Below, one piece after another: positions 28,388 to 38,628 of a DNA stretch of 64,000 nucleotides. Every line of letters starts with the position of its first letter. Position 1 is the stretch's first letter. The position numbers and the translations under genes are program-made. The DNA is from Desulfobacterales bacterium. GTDB lineage: Bacteria > Desulfobacterota > Desulfobacteria > Desulfobacterales > UBA2174. Below the pieces are notes generated by a model, which had not been told where the DNA came from, ran no database searches, and worked only from the letters and a program-made list of their open reading frames with translations. The DNA lies in the NCBI GenBank assembly GCA_963668645.2, contig CAXXWC010000019.1:544001-608000 (forward strand), read 5' to 3'.

Positions 28388-30310
28388 TTAGGACTGGGCC
28401 GGTTTGAGGTGGCACACCGAGGTCGAAAAATCTTTCTTGTCCACGGTTTCGATCAGCTGCCACCCGGTTTTGGTCAGAAACTGGGCCGCCGTTTCGAGTT
28501 CTGCCTCGAAAACGAATACCAGCACCTCGTCGCCGGCCCTGAATTCCAAACCATCGCCGATGGGCACGACCATTTCGTTGCGCCAAACCGCAGCGGCCAG
28601 CAAGCCCCCGCGCGGGTAGGCCGCCATCCAGCGACCGGCCCGGGGCTCGCCTCCGGCATCCGGCTCCCCGCGCCGCCAGCGCTGGAGGTAGACCTGCCTG
28701 GCCTTGATGCGCCGGTTCCACAGGTCGACGTCGACGGTCTTGGCGAAGAGCAGTTCGACACCGGCCTGATGGAGGATCCCGCGCGTCATGGACGCCGTGT
28801 CGTTCTTTAAAACCGCGTAGAACGGAACTTCCCGAGTCTCCTCCTTGACCTTGGCGGCAAACAGGAAGTTGACCTCGTCGTTCTGGGTCAGGGCCAGCAC
28901 GCCCCGGCGCGTGTCGATCTCGGCCCGCAGCAGATACCTGGCCTGCAAGCCGTTGCCGTAAATCACCCGGGTGCAGTCGTTCTCGGCTTCCGTGCAGTGG
29001 TCGGGATTCGAATCGATGCAGACCACCTCCTGGCCGTTTTCCTTGAAGAGCCGGGCCACGGCCCGGGCCAGGGCGTTGGCCCCCAGAATGACCCAGCCCA
29101 CCTGGCTGGGACGCCGCAGACCCAGCCCTCCGGCCACCAGCCCGCCCGTCAGTCCGGCAAAAACAACCGTTACGGCGATGACCAAAAAAACCAGGGCCCG
29201 CAGCGCATAGCCGCCGTCAAGACCCGTTTCGGCGAACACCGCGGCGAAAAATGAGGCCACCGCGGCCGCCACGATGCCCCGGGGACCGATCCAGGCGATG
29301 AAAAAGCGCTCTTTCCAGTCAAGGCCTGAAAAAGCCGTGCCGGCGGCCACGGCCGCCGGGCGCACCAGAAACATCAAGACCAGCACCACGCCCACGCCGG
29401 GCCAGCCCAGGTCGATCACCTGGGCCAGACGCACGTCGGCGGCCAACAGCACGAAAAGCATGCCGATGAGCAGGACGGTCAGCTCCTCCTTGAATTCGGC
29501 CAAATCGCGCAGGATCTGGGTGCGAAAATTGCCGATGACGATGCCGGCCATGGTCACGGCCGCGATCCCGCTTTCAGGTAAAATCAGGTTGGCCACCTGA
29601 AAAAGGGCCAGCACCACCGCGAGGGTAAAGACGTTCCCGGTCCCTTCGGGTATCAAGCGCCTGACCCGGAAAAGCCGGATCAGCAAAAATCCGGTCCCCG
29701 CTCCGGCCACGGCGCCGAAGGCCAGGCGCGACAAGACATGCCAGCTCCAGACCAGGAGCGATCCGTGGGCCGGGCCGAGGGCCGCTTCCAGGGCCACGGC
29801 CGCCACCACCGCGCCCAAAGCGTCGATGAGCACCCCCTCGGCTTCGAGTACGGCGGCCACCGATCGTTTGACCTTTAAGCGCTTGAGCAAAGGGTTGATC
29901 ACCGTCGGGCCCGTCACCATGACCAGGGTGCCGAAAAGCAGGGCGCTTTTCCAGGGCCAGGCCATGATGAAGTGGGCGGCCGCCGCACCGCCGGCTGCCG
30001 TGATCAGGCCGCCGGCCAGGATCAACTGGCGGATGGAGCGCTGAGCATGCTTCAAGCGCCGGAACTTGAGGTTGATGCCCCCCTCGAAAAGAATCACCGC
30101 CACGGCAAACCCGGTGAGGATGTTCAGGGCCGGGCCGAGGGAACCGGGCCGGATCAGGCCGGCCCCGTCCGGCCCGAGGGCCACACCGGCGGCCAGAAGC
30201 AGCACGATCCCCGGCACGCGCAGGTGGTAGGCCAGGGCCTGGGCGATCATGCCCAGGGCCAGGGCCAGCGCCAGGGTCAGGGCCGGATTGTAGAATACCG
30301 AGGGCGTCAT
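28388..30310 (-). CDS. CPA1 (NhaP-like) cation:proton antiporter with C-terminal NAD-binding/TrkA-like domain
   Basis: ILFEGG, VTGPTV, EGVLID, WIGPRGIVAA, many transmembrane segments; ILGAN Rossmann motif. Confidence 0.85.
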   Translation of the reverse strand: MTPSVFYNPALTLALALALGMIAQALAYHLRVPGIVLLLAAGVALGPDGAGLIRPGSLGPALNILTGFAVAVILFEGGINLKFRRLKHAQRSIRQLILAGGLITAAGGAAAAHFIMAWPWKSALLFGTLVMVTGPTVINPLLKRLKVKRSVAAVLEAEGVLIDALGAVVAAVALEAALGPAHGSLLVWSWHVLSRLAFGAVAGAGTGFLLIRLFRVRRLIPEGTGNVFTLAVVLALFQVANLILPESGIAAVTMAGIVIGNFRTQILRDLAEFKEELTVLLIGMLFVLLAADVRLAQVIDLGWPGVGVVLVLMFLVRPAAVAAGTAFSGLDWKERFFIAWIGPRGIVAAAVASFFAAVFAETGLDGGYALRALVFLVIAVTVVFAGLTGGLVAGGLGLRRPSQVGWVILGANALARAVARLFKENGQEVVCIDSNPDHCTEAENDCTRVIYGNGLQARYLLRAEIDTRRGVLALTQNDEVNFLFAAKVKEETREVPFYAVLKNDTASMTRGILHQAGVELLFAKTVDVDLWNRRIKARQVYLQRWRRGEPDAGGEPRAGRWMAAYPRGGLLAAAVWRNEMVVPIGDGLEFRAGDEVLVFVFEAELETAAQFLTKTGWQLIETVDKKDFSTSVCHLKPAQS

Positions 30311-30404
30311 CGCGTGGTGGGTCCCTTTGGCCGATGCCGCTTGCCGTGCGCGGGCAGGCCCCCGGTGGACCGGCGCAACCGGTGATGCACCGCAGCGGCG
30401 GGAT

Positions 30405-31061
30405 TCATTTCAGTTCCCGGATCCTGGCCAGGTCGCCCTCCTTGCCCAGGATGACGAGGATATCGCTGTCCTTGACGACGAAATCGGCGTCAGGCACCAT
30501 CAAAAAGCGCTCCGGGACCAACTCCTTGATGGCAATGACGTTGACCTGGTAGCGCTGGCGCAGCTCCAGCTGTTTGAGCGTCTTGCCGATGAAGGGCCGC
30601 GGCGGATCGATCTGGACGATGGTATAGTCCTCTTCCAGGGGCAGAAATTCGAGGATGTTGGGCGAGGTGAGACGCATGGCCAGCCGGTTGGCCATGTCCG
30701 CGCTCGGCCGGATGATTTCGGTGGCCCCGAGTTGTTTGAGGATTTCCCCGTGGTCGTCATCCTCGGCCTTGGCGATGATGCGCCCGACGCCCAGCCGCTT
30801 GAGGTGGAAACAGATCAGGATGCTCGGTTTGATGTTGGCCCCCGTGCTGACGATCACGGCATCCATCTCCTTGAGCCCCAGCCCCTTGATGGCCTCCATA
30901 TCGGTCACATCCGCCACGATGGCGCTGGTACAGTGCGGTTCGATGGCCTGCACCCGCTCCTTGGACCGGTCGATGGCGATGACCTCGTTCTTGTGTTCAT
31001 ACAGGGCCCGGGCAACGTAGTAGCCGAAACTGCCTGCACCGATGACGGCGAATCGTTTCAT
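30405..31061 (-). CDS. ktrA: Ktr/Trk potassium uptake RCK subunit
   Basis: FAVIGAGSFG Rossmann motif plus TrkA-C domain. Confidence 0.88.
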   Translation of the reverse strand: MKRFAVIGAGSFGYYVARALYEHKNEVIAIDRSKERVQAIEPHCTSAIVADVTDMEAIKGLGLKEMDAVIVSTGANIKPSILICFHLKRLGVGRIIAKAEDDDHGEILKQLGATEIIRPSADMANRLAMRLTSPNILEFLPLEEDYTIVQIDPPRPFIGKTLKQLELRQRYQVNVIAIKELVPERFLMVPDADFVVKDSDILVILGKEGDLARIRELK

Positions 31062-31070
31062 GTGCACCTC

Positions 31071-32435
31071 TTATCCGATCATCATGTTTTCCTCGGCGTA
31101 CTGAACCCCCCGCTGGGTCCCGCCGCCGGCGATGATGTAGGTAAATGCCGGGACCCCCACCCGGCCGATGATCATCAGAATGATGATCACCAGCTTGCCG
31201 TGCCAGGTCAAGGCCGGGGTGACGCCCATTGAAAGCCCGACCGTGGCAAAGGCCGAGACGGCCTCGAAAAGATAGCTCAGAAACTGGCGCTGGCCCGCCA
31301 CGCGGCTGCCGTGGGCCGGATCGGCCAAAACGATGAGAAAGACCGCCAGGCTGATGGCCACCAGGGAAAAGACCAGGACCCCGACGCTCTTGGTAACCGT
31401 GGCCTCGGGCACCGTTTTGCGAAAGAGGTTGACGCACTTGTAGTGTTTGAGCCGGCTCCAGGAAAAGGCGGCCAGCACGGCCAGGGTGGTGGTCTTGATG
31501 CCGCCGCCGCACGATCCGGGTGAGGCGCCCACCAGCATCAGGAACATCATGAAAAGCAAAGTGGCCGTATTGAGCGAGGCGATATCCAGGGTGTTGAAGC
31601 CGGCCGTGCGGCAGGTCACCGATTGAAACAGGGCCGCCAGCAGCCCCTGGCCCGGCCCCAGGGCCGCCATCAACTGCCGCTCCGAGATCCAGATCAAGAT
31701 GACGCCGGCCGCGATCAACCCGGCCGTGGTCCACAGCACGCTGCGGGTCTGGAGCGAGAGCTTGCCGCCGGCCCGGCCCAGGGCGCGCCGGTAGAGCTCG
31801 AAGACCACCGGGAACCCGATCCCGCCCGCGACGATCAGGGCCGCCACGGTCAGGTTCAGCACCGGCGAGGCCCGGCCGTCCATCAAACTGTTGGCGAACT
31901 GGGAAAACCCGGCGTTGCAAAAGGCCGAAACACTGTGGAAAACAGCCTTGAAAAGCGCTTCGGGCCAGGGGCCGGCACCGCGCCAGTAAAAAAAAAGGAC
32001 CGCTGCGCCCAGCGCCTCGATGGCGAAGGTGAAGCCGAGCACGGCCCGGATCAGTTGATAGATGTCCTCGCGCGGGGTATGGGCGAATACCTCCTGCATG
32101 GCCATGCGCTGCTGGAACACCACCCGCTTGCCGATGACCTGAAACAGGGCCACGGAAAGGGTCATGATCCCCAGGCCGCCGATCTGGATCAACACCAGGA
32201 TCACCCCCTGGCCGAAGGGGGTAAAGTACGACCCGGTGTCCACCACGACCAGGCCGGTGACGCAGACGGCCGAGGTCGCGGTAAACAGGGCATCGATGAC
32301 GCCGATGGCGCCGCCCGCGGTGGAAGCGGGCAGCATCAAAAGCAGGGCGCCCACTCCGATGGTGGCCAGATAGCTCAACAGCAGCAGGTTGGTGGGATGG
32401 GCCCGCCGCAAAAGGGTTTGAAGCCGGAACCACAT
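31071..32435 (-). CDS. ktrB: Ktr/TrkH potassium uptake membrane subunit
   Basis: SAVCVTGL, SAFCNAGF, RTAGFN, GSCGGGIK, SAFATVGLS pore motifs. Confidence 0.92.
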   Translation of the reverse strand: MWFRLQTLLRRAHPTNLLLLSYLATIGVGALLLMLPASTAGGAIGVIDALFTATSAVCVTGLVVVDTGSYFTPFGQGVILVLIQIGGLGIMTLSVALFQVIGKRVVFQQRMAMQEVFAHTPREDIYQLIRAVLGFTFAIEALGAAVLFFYWRGAGPWPEALFKAVFHSVSAFCNAGFSQFANSLMDGRASPVLNLTVAALIVAGGIGFPVVFELYRRALGRAGGKLSLQTRSVLWTTAGLIAAGVILIWISERQLMAALGPGQGLLAALFQSVTCRTAGFNTLDIASLNTATLLFMMFLMLVGASPGSCGGGIKTTTLAVLAAFSWSRLKHYKCVNLFRKTVPEATVTKSVGVLVFSLVAISLAVFLIVLADPAHGSRVAGQRQFLSYLFEAVSAFATVGLSMGVTPALTWHGKLVIIILMIIGRVGVPAFTYIIAGGGTQRGVQYAEENMMIG

Positions 32436-32526
32436 GGCGATAATTAATCCTTTCGACCCGGATGGAGCAATCTTGCAGCCGGAACACGAAATTGTCAAAA
32501 AGATAAAAGGAGGCCCTGACCAGCCG

Positions 32527-33045
32527 ATGCGCACCGTCCTGATCGACACCTCCTCGGCGATCCTCTTATACAAGGGCGGCCTTTTCCAGGCAATGGCGTC
32601 CGCCTACCGTTTGACCGCCGCAGGCGCCGTTCCCGGGGAACTGACCCGCGAAGGGTACCCCGGTGCCAGCGTCTTTGCCGCCGCTTTGGCCGCCGGGCGT
32701 CTGGCGCGCCTCGACAGCACCGCCATTGCCACGCCTCCGGCCCTGAAAAAACCCGGCACCCGGGTGCATGCCGGCGAACGCGACACCCTGACAGCCCTGC
32801 TGGACGGGCGGGGCGAATTCGTGATCATGGACGACGGGGCCGGAGCGCAATTTTGCCGGCTGCACCATATCCCCTACATCAACGCCCTGCTCTGCCCGCG
32901 GATCCTGCATCTGGCCGGACGCCTCGGGCCGCAAGCGGCCGCGGTGCACACGGCGCGGCTCCGGGATCTCGGACGCTATGCCCCCGCCATCCTGGACTTT
33001 GCAGATACCTGCGAGGACGCCGTGCTGCGGCCATTCCTGCCGTAA
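32527..33045 (+). CDS. PIN-domain-like protein
   Basis: VLIDTSS.I, H.GE, IMDD acidic pattern; GGAGG upstream. Confidence 0.55.
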   Translation: MRTVLIDTSSAILLYKGGLFQAMASAYRLTAAGAVPGELTREGYPGASVFAAALAAGRLARLDSTAIATPPALKKPGTRVHAGERDTLTALLDGRGEFVIMDDGAGAQFCRLHHIPYINALLCPRILHLAGRLGPQAAAVHTARLRDLGRYAPAILDFADTCEDAVLRPFLP

Positions 33046-33071
33046 CCGATGCGGCCGCCATCAAGACCCGA

Positions 33072-33704
33072 TTATTCAAACATGGGCGTTGTGAGGTAGT
33101 GAAAGCCGCCGGGTCCGCAGCTTTGCTCCAGGGACCGCAGCACGCGTCGGATAAAACCGGGGGTGTCGTTGGGGCCGGATACGTAAAAGGGCTTGCCTTC
33201 ACGGCCGAAGACGAAACTTCGAAAACAGGCGCTGGCATCGATGTCGCCGAAAATGCGGGCAGCCTTGGCATAGTCCTTGTGGGGCGCCAAGCCAAGTTCG
33301 CCGGCATAATCCACGGCGTCTTCCACCAGCCTGCGGGCACAGGCCGGATCGGTGCGCTCCAGGGGCATGTCGCGGCGGATGTGGTCGAGCAGTTGCTCGA
33401 ATTCAAGTTCGCCGCATTCGTGAATCAAGGCGTTTTTGACTCCCAGACAGAACAGGTCCACCAGGAAAACCGCCGCGAATATCTCACCGTTCCCCCTTTT
33501 GCGCGACACCACCACCTGGGCGAGGCCGTTGTCCGGGGCAAACAAGTTCGCCGGCCACCAGCACTCATGAACCGGGGCGGAAGCGACCGCCAGCAGTCCC
33601 GCAGAGACATTCTCCCGCACACGCCCGGCCGTCTGTTTGCGGGCCTTGGCTTTGGCCGCCCGCTTGGCCTTCTTTTTCTGCATTCGTTTCTGATCAAGGG
33701 CCAT
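33072..33704 (-). CDS. Hypothetical protein
   Basis: 210-aa ORF with a basic N-terminus, FLVDLFCLGVKN and FG..GKP.YVSGP.D; protein-like composition. Confidence 0.75.
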   Translation of the reverse strand: MALDQKRMQKKKAKRAAKAKARKQTAGRVRENVSAGLLAVASAPVHECWWPANLFAPDNGLAQVVVSRKRGNGEIFAAVFLVDLFCLGVKNALIHECGELEFEQLLDHIRRDMPLERTDPACARRLVEDAVDYAGELGLAPHKDYAKAARIFGDIDASACFRSFVFGREGKPFYVSGPNDTPGFIRRVLRSLEQSCGPGGFHYLTTPMFE

Positions 33705-33830
33705 TGGATATATCCCTTTTGAGTGTTGGGCGGAAAACCGGCATTATGGCTTTCCTTCTGGATGGTGGGAACCTCATATCGGTGGCGAAGTGATCTTTGC
33801 CGGTTTTTTAGCATACCCCATGACTTGTGT

Positions 33831-33891
33831 CACCCCGGAGCAGGCCCATTCCCTCCCGCGTCATCCCGAGGAACGGCGAGGGATCTGCAGT
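33831..33891 (+). repeat. Dispersed repeat, copy 1 (related sequence at 53911-54160)
   Basis: Shares CACCCCGGAGCAGGCC, GTCATCCCGAGGA and GGGATCTGCAGT blocks with the intergenic region between the two TPP riboswitches. Confidence 0.6.
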
Positions 33892-34145
33892 CAGAAAAAC
33901 CGGCGAAACAAGGACTCCCGGACAGAAAAAATCCCTCTCGGTGACGTCATTGCAGGACTTTGACGGGGCCGTGGGGACGGCGGCGCTTGACCTTGCCAAA
34001 CGGCCCATGGTAGGTTGCGCTCCGGTTTCAAATCGATCTTTTCCGGCTCCATGAGCGCGCCCTTTTTCCGCGGCGGCGACGGGCTTGACACCACGCCGCT
34101 GCTACGCCCGGCCCAGCCGGCCGAAACTGCCGAAGAATCGGATTC

Positions 34146-35111
34146 ATGAAACAGACGCCTGCCCTCGCTGCTGCCCAGCCGGTCGCCGGATCCGCCCTTT
34201 CCGCCGAGCGGCTCAAACTCTTTTTGGCCCTTTCCCGCACCCCCCACGCCATGATCGACATGGTCACCCCGGCTTTGGGGGCCTTGTTATGGCTCGGGAC
34301 CTTGCCGCCCCTGGCGGTGATCCTCGTCGGCCTGGTGACCGTGTTTGCCGGCTACACGGCGGTTTACGCCCTCAACGATCTGGTCGACTACCGCACCGAC
34401 CTGAAGAAGGTGGCCGCCGGCGGCTACCAGGGCCAGGACGATTACCTGGACGGGGCACTGGTACGCCATCCCATGGCCCAGGGGCTCTTGGGCTTCCGCG
34501 AGGGCCTGTTCTGGGCCTTGGGATGGGGCGCGGTGGCCATGGTCGGCGCCTGGTGGCTCAACCCCGCCTGCCTGCTTATTTTTATGGGTGCCTGCCTGCT
34601 GGAAATCCTCTATTGCCGCATGTGGCAGGTCAGCCCGTTGCGCACCGTGATCAGCGGCGCGGTCAAAACCGCCGGGACCATGGCCGCGCTCTGGGCCGTG
34701 GATCCGGCCCCCAACCCGGGTTTCGTCCTTTTGCTCTTTGCCTGGATCTTCTGCTGGGAAGTGGGCGGCCAGAACGTGCCGGCCGACTGGACCGATCTGG
34801 CCGAAGACCGGTGCTTTCACGCCCGCACCATCCCGGTGCGCCTCGGTTTGGAGCGTGCCATGGCCATCATCGCCTTCTCTTTGGGCGCGGCGGTGGTGCT
34901 GAACCTGGTGGTCTTCGCCATTTCACCCCTCGACCTGGGGATCCCCTACCGCCTGGCGGCGCTGGCGATCGGCACCGGCTTGCTTCTCTATCCCGCCTAT
35001 CGGGTGTATCGTACCCGTGCCCGGCCCGACGTGATGACCCTGTTTAACCGGGCCAGCTACTATCCCGTCTCGCTCTTTCTGGTGGTGTTGGCAAGGCTGC
35101 TGCTTTCCTGA
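34146..35111 (+). CDS. UbiA family prenyltransferase
   Basis: NDLVDYRTD, RHP, D..D..ED Asp-rich motifs; multiple transmembrane helices. Confidence 0.85.
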   Translation: MKQTPALAAAQPVAGSALSAERLKLFLALSRTPHAMIDMVTPALGALLWLGTLPPLAVILVGLVTVFAGYTAVYALNDLVDYRTDLKKVAAGGYQGQDDYLDGALVRHPMAQGLLGFREGLFWALGWGAVAMVGAWWLNPACLLIFMGACLLEILYCRMWQVSPLRTVISGAVKTAGTMAALWAVDPAPNPGFVLLLFAWIFCWEVGGQNVPADWTDLAEDRCFHARTIPVRLGLERAMAIIAFSLGAAVVLNLVVFAISPLDLGIPYRLAALAIGTGLLLYPAYRVYRTRARPDVMTLFNRASYYPVSLFLVVLARLLLS

Positions 35112-35337
35112 CAACCGCGTGTCCGCGGCGGCAAGGCGACCAGCGCCCTGGCAGGGATTCACACCGACCGGATCTATCTGCTGATCACCGGACTGCGCGA
35201 CGCAGCGAGCGATCACCCCCCTGATGGCCGAGCACATCATGAAGGCGATCATGCCCATGGCCGGTAAGGTGACGGGTCCTGGCGGACAGGAATCGCTCAG
35301 CCACCGGTCTCGCGTCCCATCCGCCCCGCGGATTTTC

Positions 35338-36153
35338 TCAAATTCCCGCAATGGCCCTGAACAGCTTGATATCGGTTTTTTCAACGCCGGCAACGGCCGG
35401 GACGATCCGTTTGATCTGCCGCTCTTCGCTCTCGTCGCTGACAGATCCCCAGACCCTGACGGCGCCGGGCTCCGGCACGTCCACGTAGAGTGTGGAAATG
35501 CGCAAATCGTGCTGTTTGAGGGCCGCCGTGACGCGCCTTTCAAGCGACCGGCGCTGCATGGTTTCCAGCGCGCCGAGGCTGCAAGCCTCGATCTTTTCCG
35601 ACCGGGCGCCCTGGACGATCATCTCCGCACTGGCCTGGATGCCGAGTTTTTCCGGATTGATGATCAGATCGTAAAGGCCGGGGTCGTCCCAATGGCGGTT
35701 GAAGGCGAAGCGGAAAAAACCCCTTTGTTCGCTGTCGGCTCTGTGGATCAGCTTCCGGGCGATCTCGGGCGTCAGGCCCCTTTGCTGCGATACGGCCGCA
35801 ACGCGCGCCTGTTCCGAGGCGTTCACCAACACGTGAAAGGCGCAGTTGAAGTCATTGAGCAACACCTGGCTGCCGTGGCCCACGATCACGCCGCTGCCCT
35901 TGTGGCCGATCTCGTAAACCACCGATTGGAGGATATCGACATAGGCCTCCGGCCTGCGGCTCAGTAAACGGTCAAAAAAGCCGGGGGCCTTTTCGTCCAG
36001 CCCCTTGAGTTCTTCTGCGCGGATCCCCATCTCCAGGGCCTCTTGCTTGAGCCTCTGGTCGTCGAGGAGTTCCAGATTCAACGATTCGGCGACGCGCCGG
36101 GCAATGCGCGCACCGCCGCTGCCCATGCTTTGCGATATAGTGATAAGCGCCAT
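35338..36153 (-). CDS. Cytidylate kinase-like protein with C-terminal BON domain
   Basis: ITISQSMGSGG..IA, VIVGHG, D..LYDLIIN; C-terminal G.V.VWG.V...V.GV. Confidence 0.75.
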   Translation of the reverse strand: MALITISQSMGSGGARIARRVAESLNLELLDDQRLKQEALEMGIRAEELKGLDEKAPGFFDRLLSRRPEAYVDILQSVVYEIGHKGSGVIVGHGSQVLLNDFNCAFHVLVNASEQARVAAVSQQRGLTPEIARKLIHRADSEQRGFFRFAFNRHWDDPGLYDLIINPEKLGIQASAEMIVQGARSEKIEACSLGALETMQRRSLERRVTAALKQHDLRISTLYVDVPEPGAVRVWGSVSDESEERQIKRIVPAVAGVEKTDIKLFRAIAGI

Positions 36154-36281
36154 GATTCTTTCCCCTTTCGCGCAACACCGGGCAAGGCCGGTGAGGATGC
36201 TGAAAATGAACCGCGCGGGCCCTGGGACCCGCTGCTTAAGAAACACTGGGGACGTTTTGCCTGAAATCAAGTGGCGCTGGA

Positions 36282-37289
36282 TCAAAATGCCTTGCGTGCC
36301 CGGGCGATGTCCGTGGTATCGCCCATGACGATGAGGACCATGCCCGGGGTCAGGACATGGCTGGGGGGCGGATTGAAGAGGATCTCCTCGCCGGGAAGGT
36401 GGGCTCCGAGCACCAGGAGATTGAAGCGGGTCTTGAGCCCCGAGTCCATCAGGACCCGGTTGGTGGCCAGCCCCGCCTCGCTGATGGTGAGCTGGTGAAC
36501 GCGCAGGTTCCCCTGCTGGCTGCGCAGCATGTTGTCCAGAAAGTTCACCACCTCGGGGCGGATCATCACCGAGGCCATGCGCAGGGCGCCGATGGTGTTG
36601 GGCGATACCACACTGTTGGCGCCGGCCTTGCGCAGCTTGGGTTCGAGGGCGGGGTTGATCATGCGGCTGACGATGCGCAGGTGGGTGTTGAGCATGCGGG
36701 CCGTCATGGTGATGTAGAGGTTGTCCTTTTCCGACGGCAGGCAGGCGAACAGCCCGCTGGCGTTGGCGATGCCGGCGGCCACCAGGTTCTGGTCCTCAGT
36801 GGCGTCGCCGCGGATGAAAAGCAGCTTGCCGTCGGCGTTGCACCGGTCGATGGTCTCCTGCTCGCGCTCGATCAAAACCACCGCCTCGTGGTTCCTGGTC
36901 ATCTCGTCGATCAGCGGCATGCCGGTCTCGCCGCCGCCGCAAATGATGTAGTGGCCGTGGAGCTTGGCGATCAGCTTGTTCATCTTTTTCTCCCGCAGGT
37001 AGCCGGACAGCTCGCCCTCGATCAGCGATGCGGTCAGGGAACTGATGGCGTACAGGATGATCCCCATGCCGAAGGTGATCAGCAGCATGGTGAAGATTTC
37101 GGCGGCCGTGTTGCCCGTCACCGGCACGATTTCGCCGAAGCCCACGCTGGTGATGGCGATCACCGTCATGTAGAGGCACTCCAGAAAATCAATGCGCCCC
37201 ATGAACAGCAGGTAATAGCCGAGACTGCCGGCCATAACGACCAGCAGAATCGACAGCAGATGTCGAACCAGCCTGATTTTGAGGCTCAT
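36282..37289 (-). CDS. Potassium channel protein with RCK (TrkA-N/C) domains
   Basis: TSVGFGE selectivity filter, HYIICGGGETG, GDAT. Confidence 0.9.
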   Translation of the reverse strand: MSLKIRLVRHLLSILLVVMAGSLGYYLLFMGRIDFLECLYMTVIAITSVGFGEIVPVTGNTAAEIFTMLLITFGMGIILYAISSLTASLIEGELSGYLREKKMNKLIAKLHGHYIICGGGETGMPLIDEMTRNHEAVVLIEREQETIDRCNADGKLLFIRGDATEDQNLVAAGIANASGLFACLPSEKDNLYITMTARMLNTHLRIVSRMINPALEPKLRKAGANSVVSPNTIGALRMASVMIRPEVVNFLDNMLRSQQGNLRVHQLTISEAGLATNRVLMDSGLKTRFNLLVLGAHLPGEEILFNPPPSHVLTPGMVLIVMGDTTDIARARKAF

Positions 37290-37394
37290 GCGGGCCGGGC
37301 GCGCTCCAACGCCGGACCGAACGATTTGGGGTTGGTTCTCATCGCTGAAGCCTCGGGCTGCTAACCGGCAATAGGTTTGCGGGCAAAGACGTTT

Positions 37395-37841
37395 TCAGTC
37401 GTAACTGTCCCTCGTGGCGGCGTCGGCCATGGCCGGTGCGATCAACGGCTGCCAGGCCGGATCCTGCCATGTGCCCAGGTGGGTGTGCATGTCCAGATAC
37501 TTGGTGGGGATCGGGTGGGTGCCCACCACCACCGTCACGGCGTAGCGTTTTTCGAGAAAAGCCTTGAAGGTTTCGATATGCGGGCACGGCGGATAGCCCA
37601 CCAACAGGCCGGTGGCCAGATGGATCACGGTGGCGCCGTTTTTGACCATCTCTTCACCGGCATACTCGATGTTGCCCCCCGGGCACCCGTCGCAGGTGGT
37701 AAAACCGACCAGTTCCACTTCCCGGTCCTGGTAGACGGCGAACGCCCCTTGGCGGTTGCGCATGGCGCGCAGACACTTTCCGCCCGCACAACGCCGGTAG
37801 CGGTCGCAGATGATAATGCCGATTTTCGTTTTTGCGCTCAT
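37395..37841 (-). CDS. CGGC domain protein
   Basis: IIIC...CAGGKC, TCDGCPG, IHLATG, CPH, VVGTHP. Confidence 0.8.
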   Translation of the reverse strand: MSAKTKIGIIICDRYRRCAGGKCLRAMRNRQGAFAVYQDREVELVGFTTCDGCPGGNIEYAGEEMVKNGATVIHLATGLLVGYPPCPHIETFKAFLEKRYAVTVVVGTHPIPTKYLDMHTHLGTWQDPAWQPLIAPAMADAATRDSYD

Positions 37842-38074
37842 GTGAACTTCCTTTCTGCCCAGGCCTGCGCTCCGATCGCGAACCTGATCCGAGGTGTTGA
37901 AACCGGTCTTGCAAAAACATCCCGAAAAGCAATAGAACCGCAGAAACAAAAAGATGCGCGGCCATCCTGCCGCCGGTCCTGTTAGTAGCATAATTCAGCA
38001 CCGAGGCAAAGAACGGCCTCTTGGCCAAACCGGTTATGCTTGACAAGCATCCAGTGTTTACTCTAAAAAAAGTC

Positions 38075-38257
38075 GACGGTGCCGAAAGGCCGAACAGGGA
38101 ATTCCGTGCAAATCGGAAGCGGTCCCGCCGCTGTAATCCCACCGTTGCGCCGGCCCGGCGCGACAACCCGATTCGGGCTCGACAATGGCCACTGCCTCGC
38201 CGCCAAACGGGGTGGGAAGGCCGCCCGACGGGCGGGAGAGCCAGAAGACCTGCCGTC
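38075..38257 (+). ncRNA. Cobalamin (AdoCbl) riboswitch
   Basis: GGTG...AACAGGGAA.CCGTGCAAATCGG..GCGGTCCCGCCGCTGTAA...CCACTG...GGGAAGG...GAGCCAGAAGACCTGCC. Confidence 0.93.
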
Positions 38258-38326
38258 ACGAAAATTGCTGTCCGGCCGCGGGAAACGGCCTGGATCAGGT
38301 ATCCGGGGGCCAAGTAAACTGGGTGC

Positions 38327-38364
38327 AGCCCTTCGAGCCGAAAACCGGCACGAAGGGCTTTTTT
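38327..38364 (+). terminator. Riboswitch-associated intrinsic terminator
   Basis: AGCCCTTCGAGCCG/CGGCACGAAGGGCT hairpin followed by a T-run. Confidence 0.75.
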
Positions 38365-38535
38365 ATTTCCCTTGACAGCAGTCAGACAATCATGGCAAAC
38401 CTTGTCCGGTTTAAATCCAGAGTATTAACAAGCTTTATGAAGTGTTCAAGAAGGCACCGCCGCTTGATGGTGCTCTGGGCCGTAGCTTTCTTTCAACGGG
38501 GCGAACGAATAAGCACTCAGCGCCCTTTTCGTAAC

Positions 38536-38593
38536 AAGGCCTGGAAGGTCTCGGGTGAAACGAATTTCACCTGAAGATTTCCAGGCTTTTTTT
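38536..38593 (+). terminator. Second long hairpin with T-tract, upstream of the first CDS
   Basis: GCCTGGAA...GGTGAAA-CGAA-TTTCACC...TTCCAGGC followed by seven T. Confidence 0.7.
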
Positions 38594-38628
38594 GTTTCAG
38601 CACTCAAACAAAACCGGGAGAGATTCAA

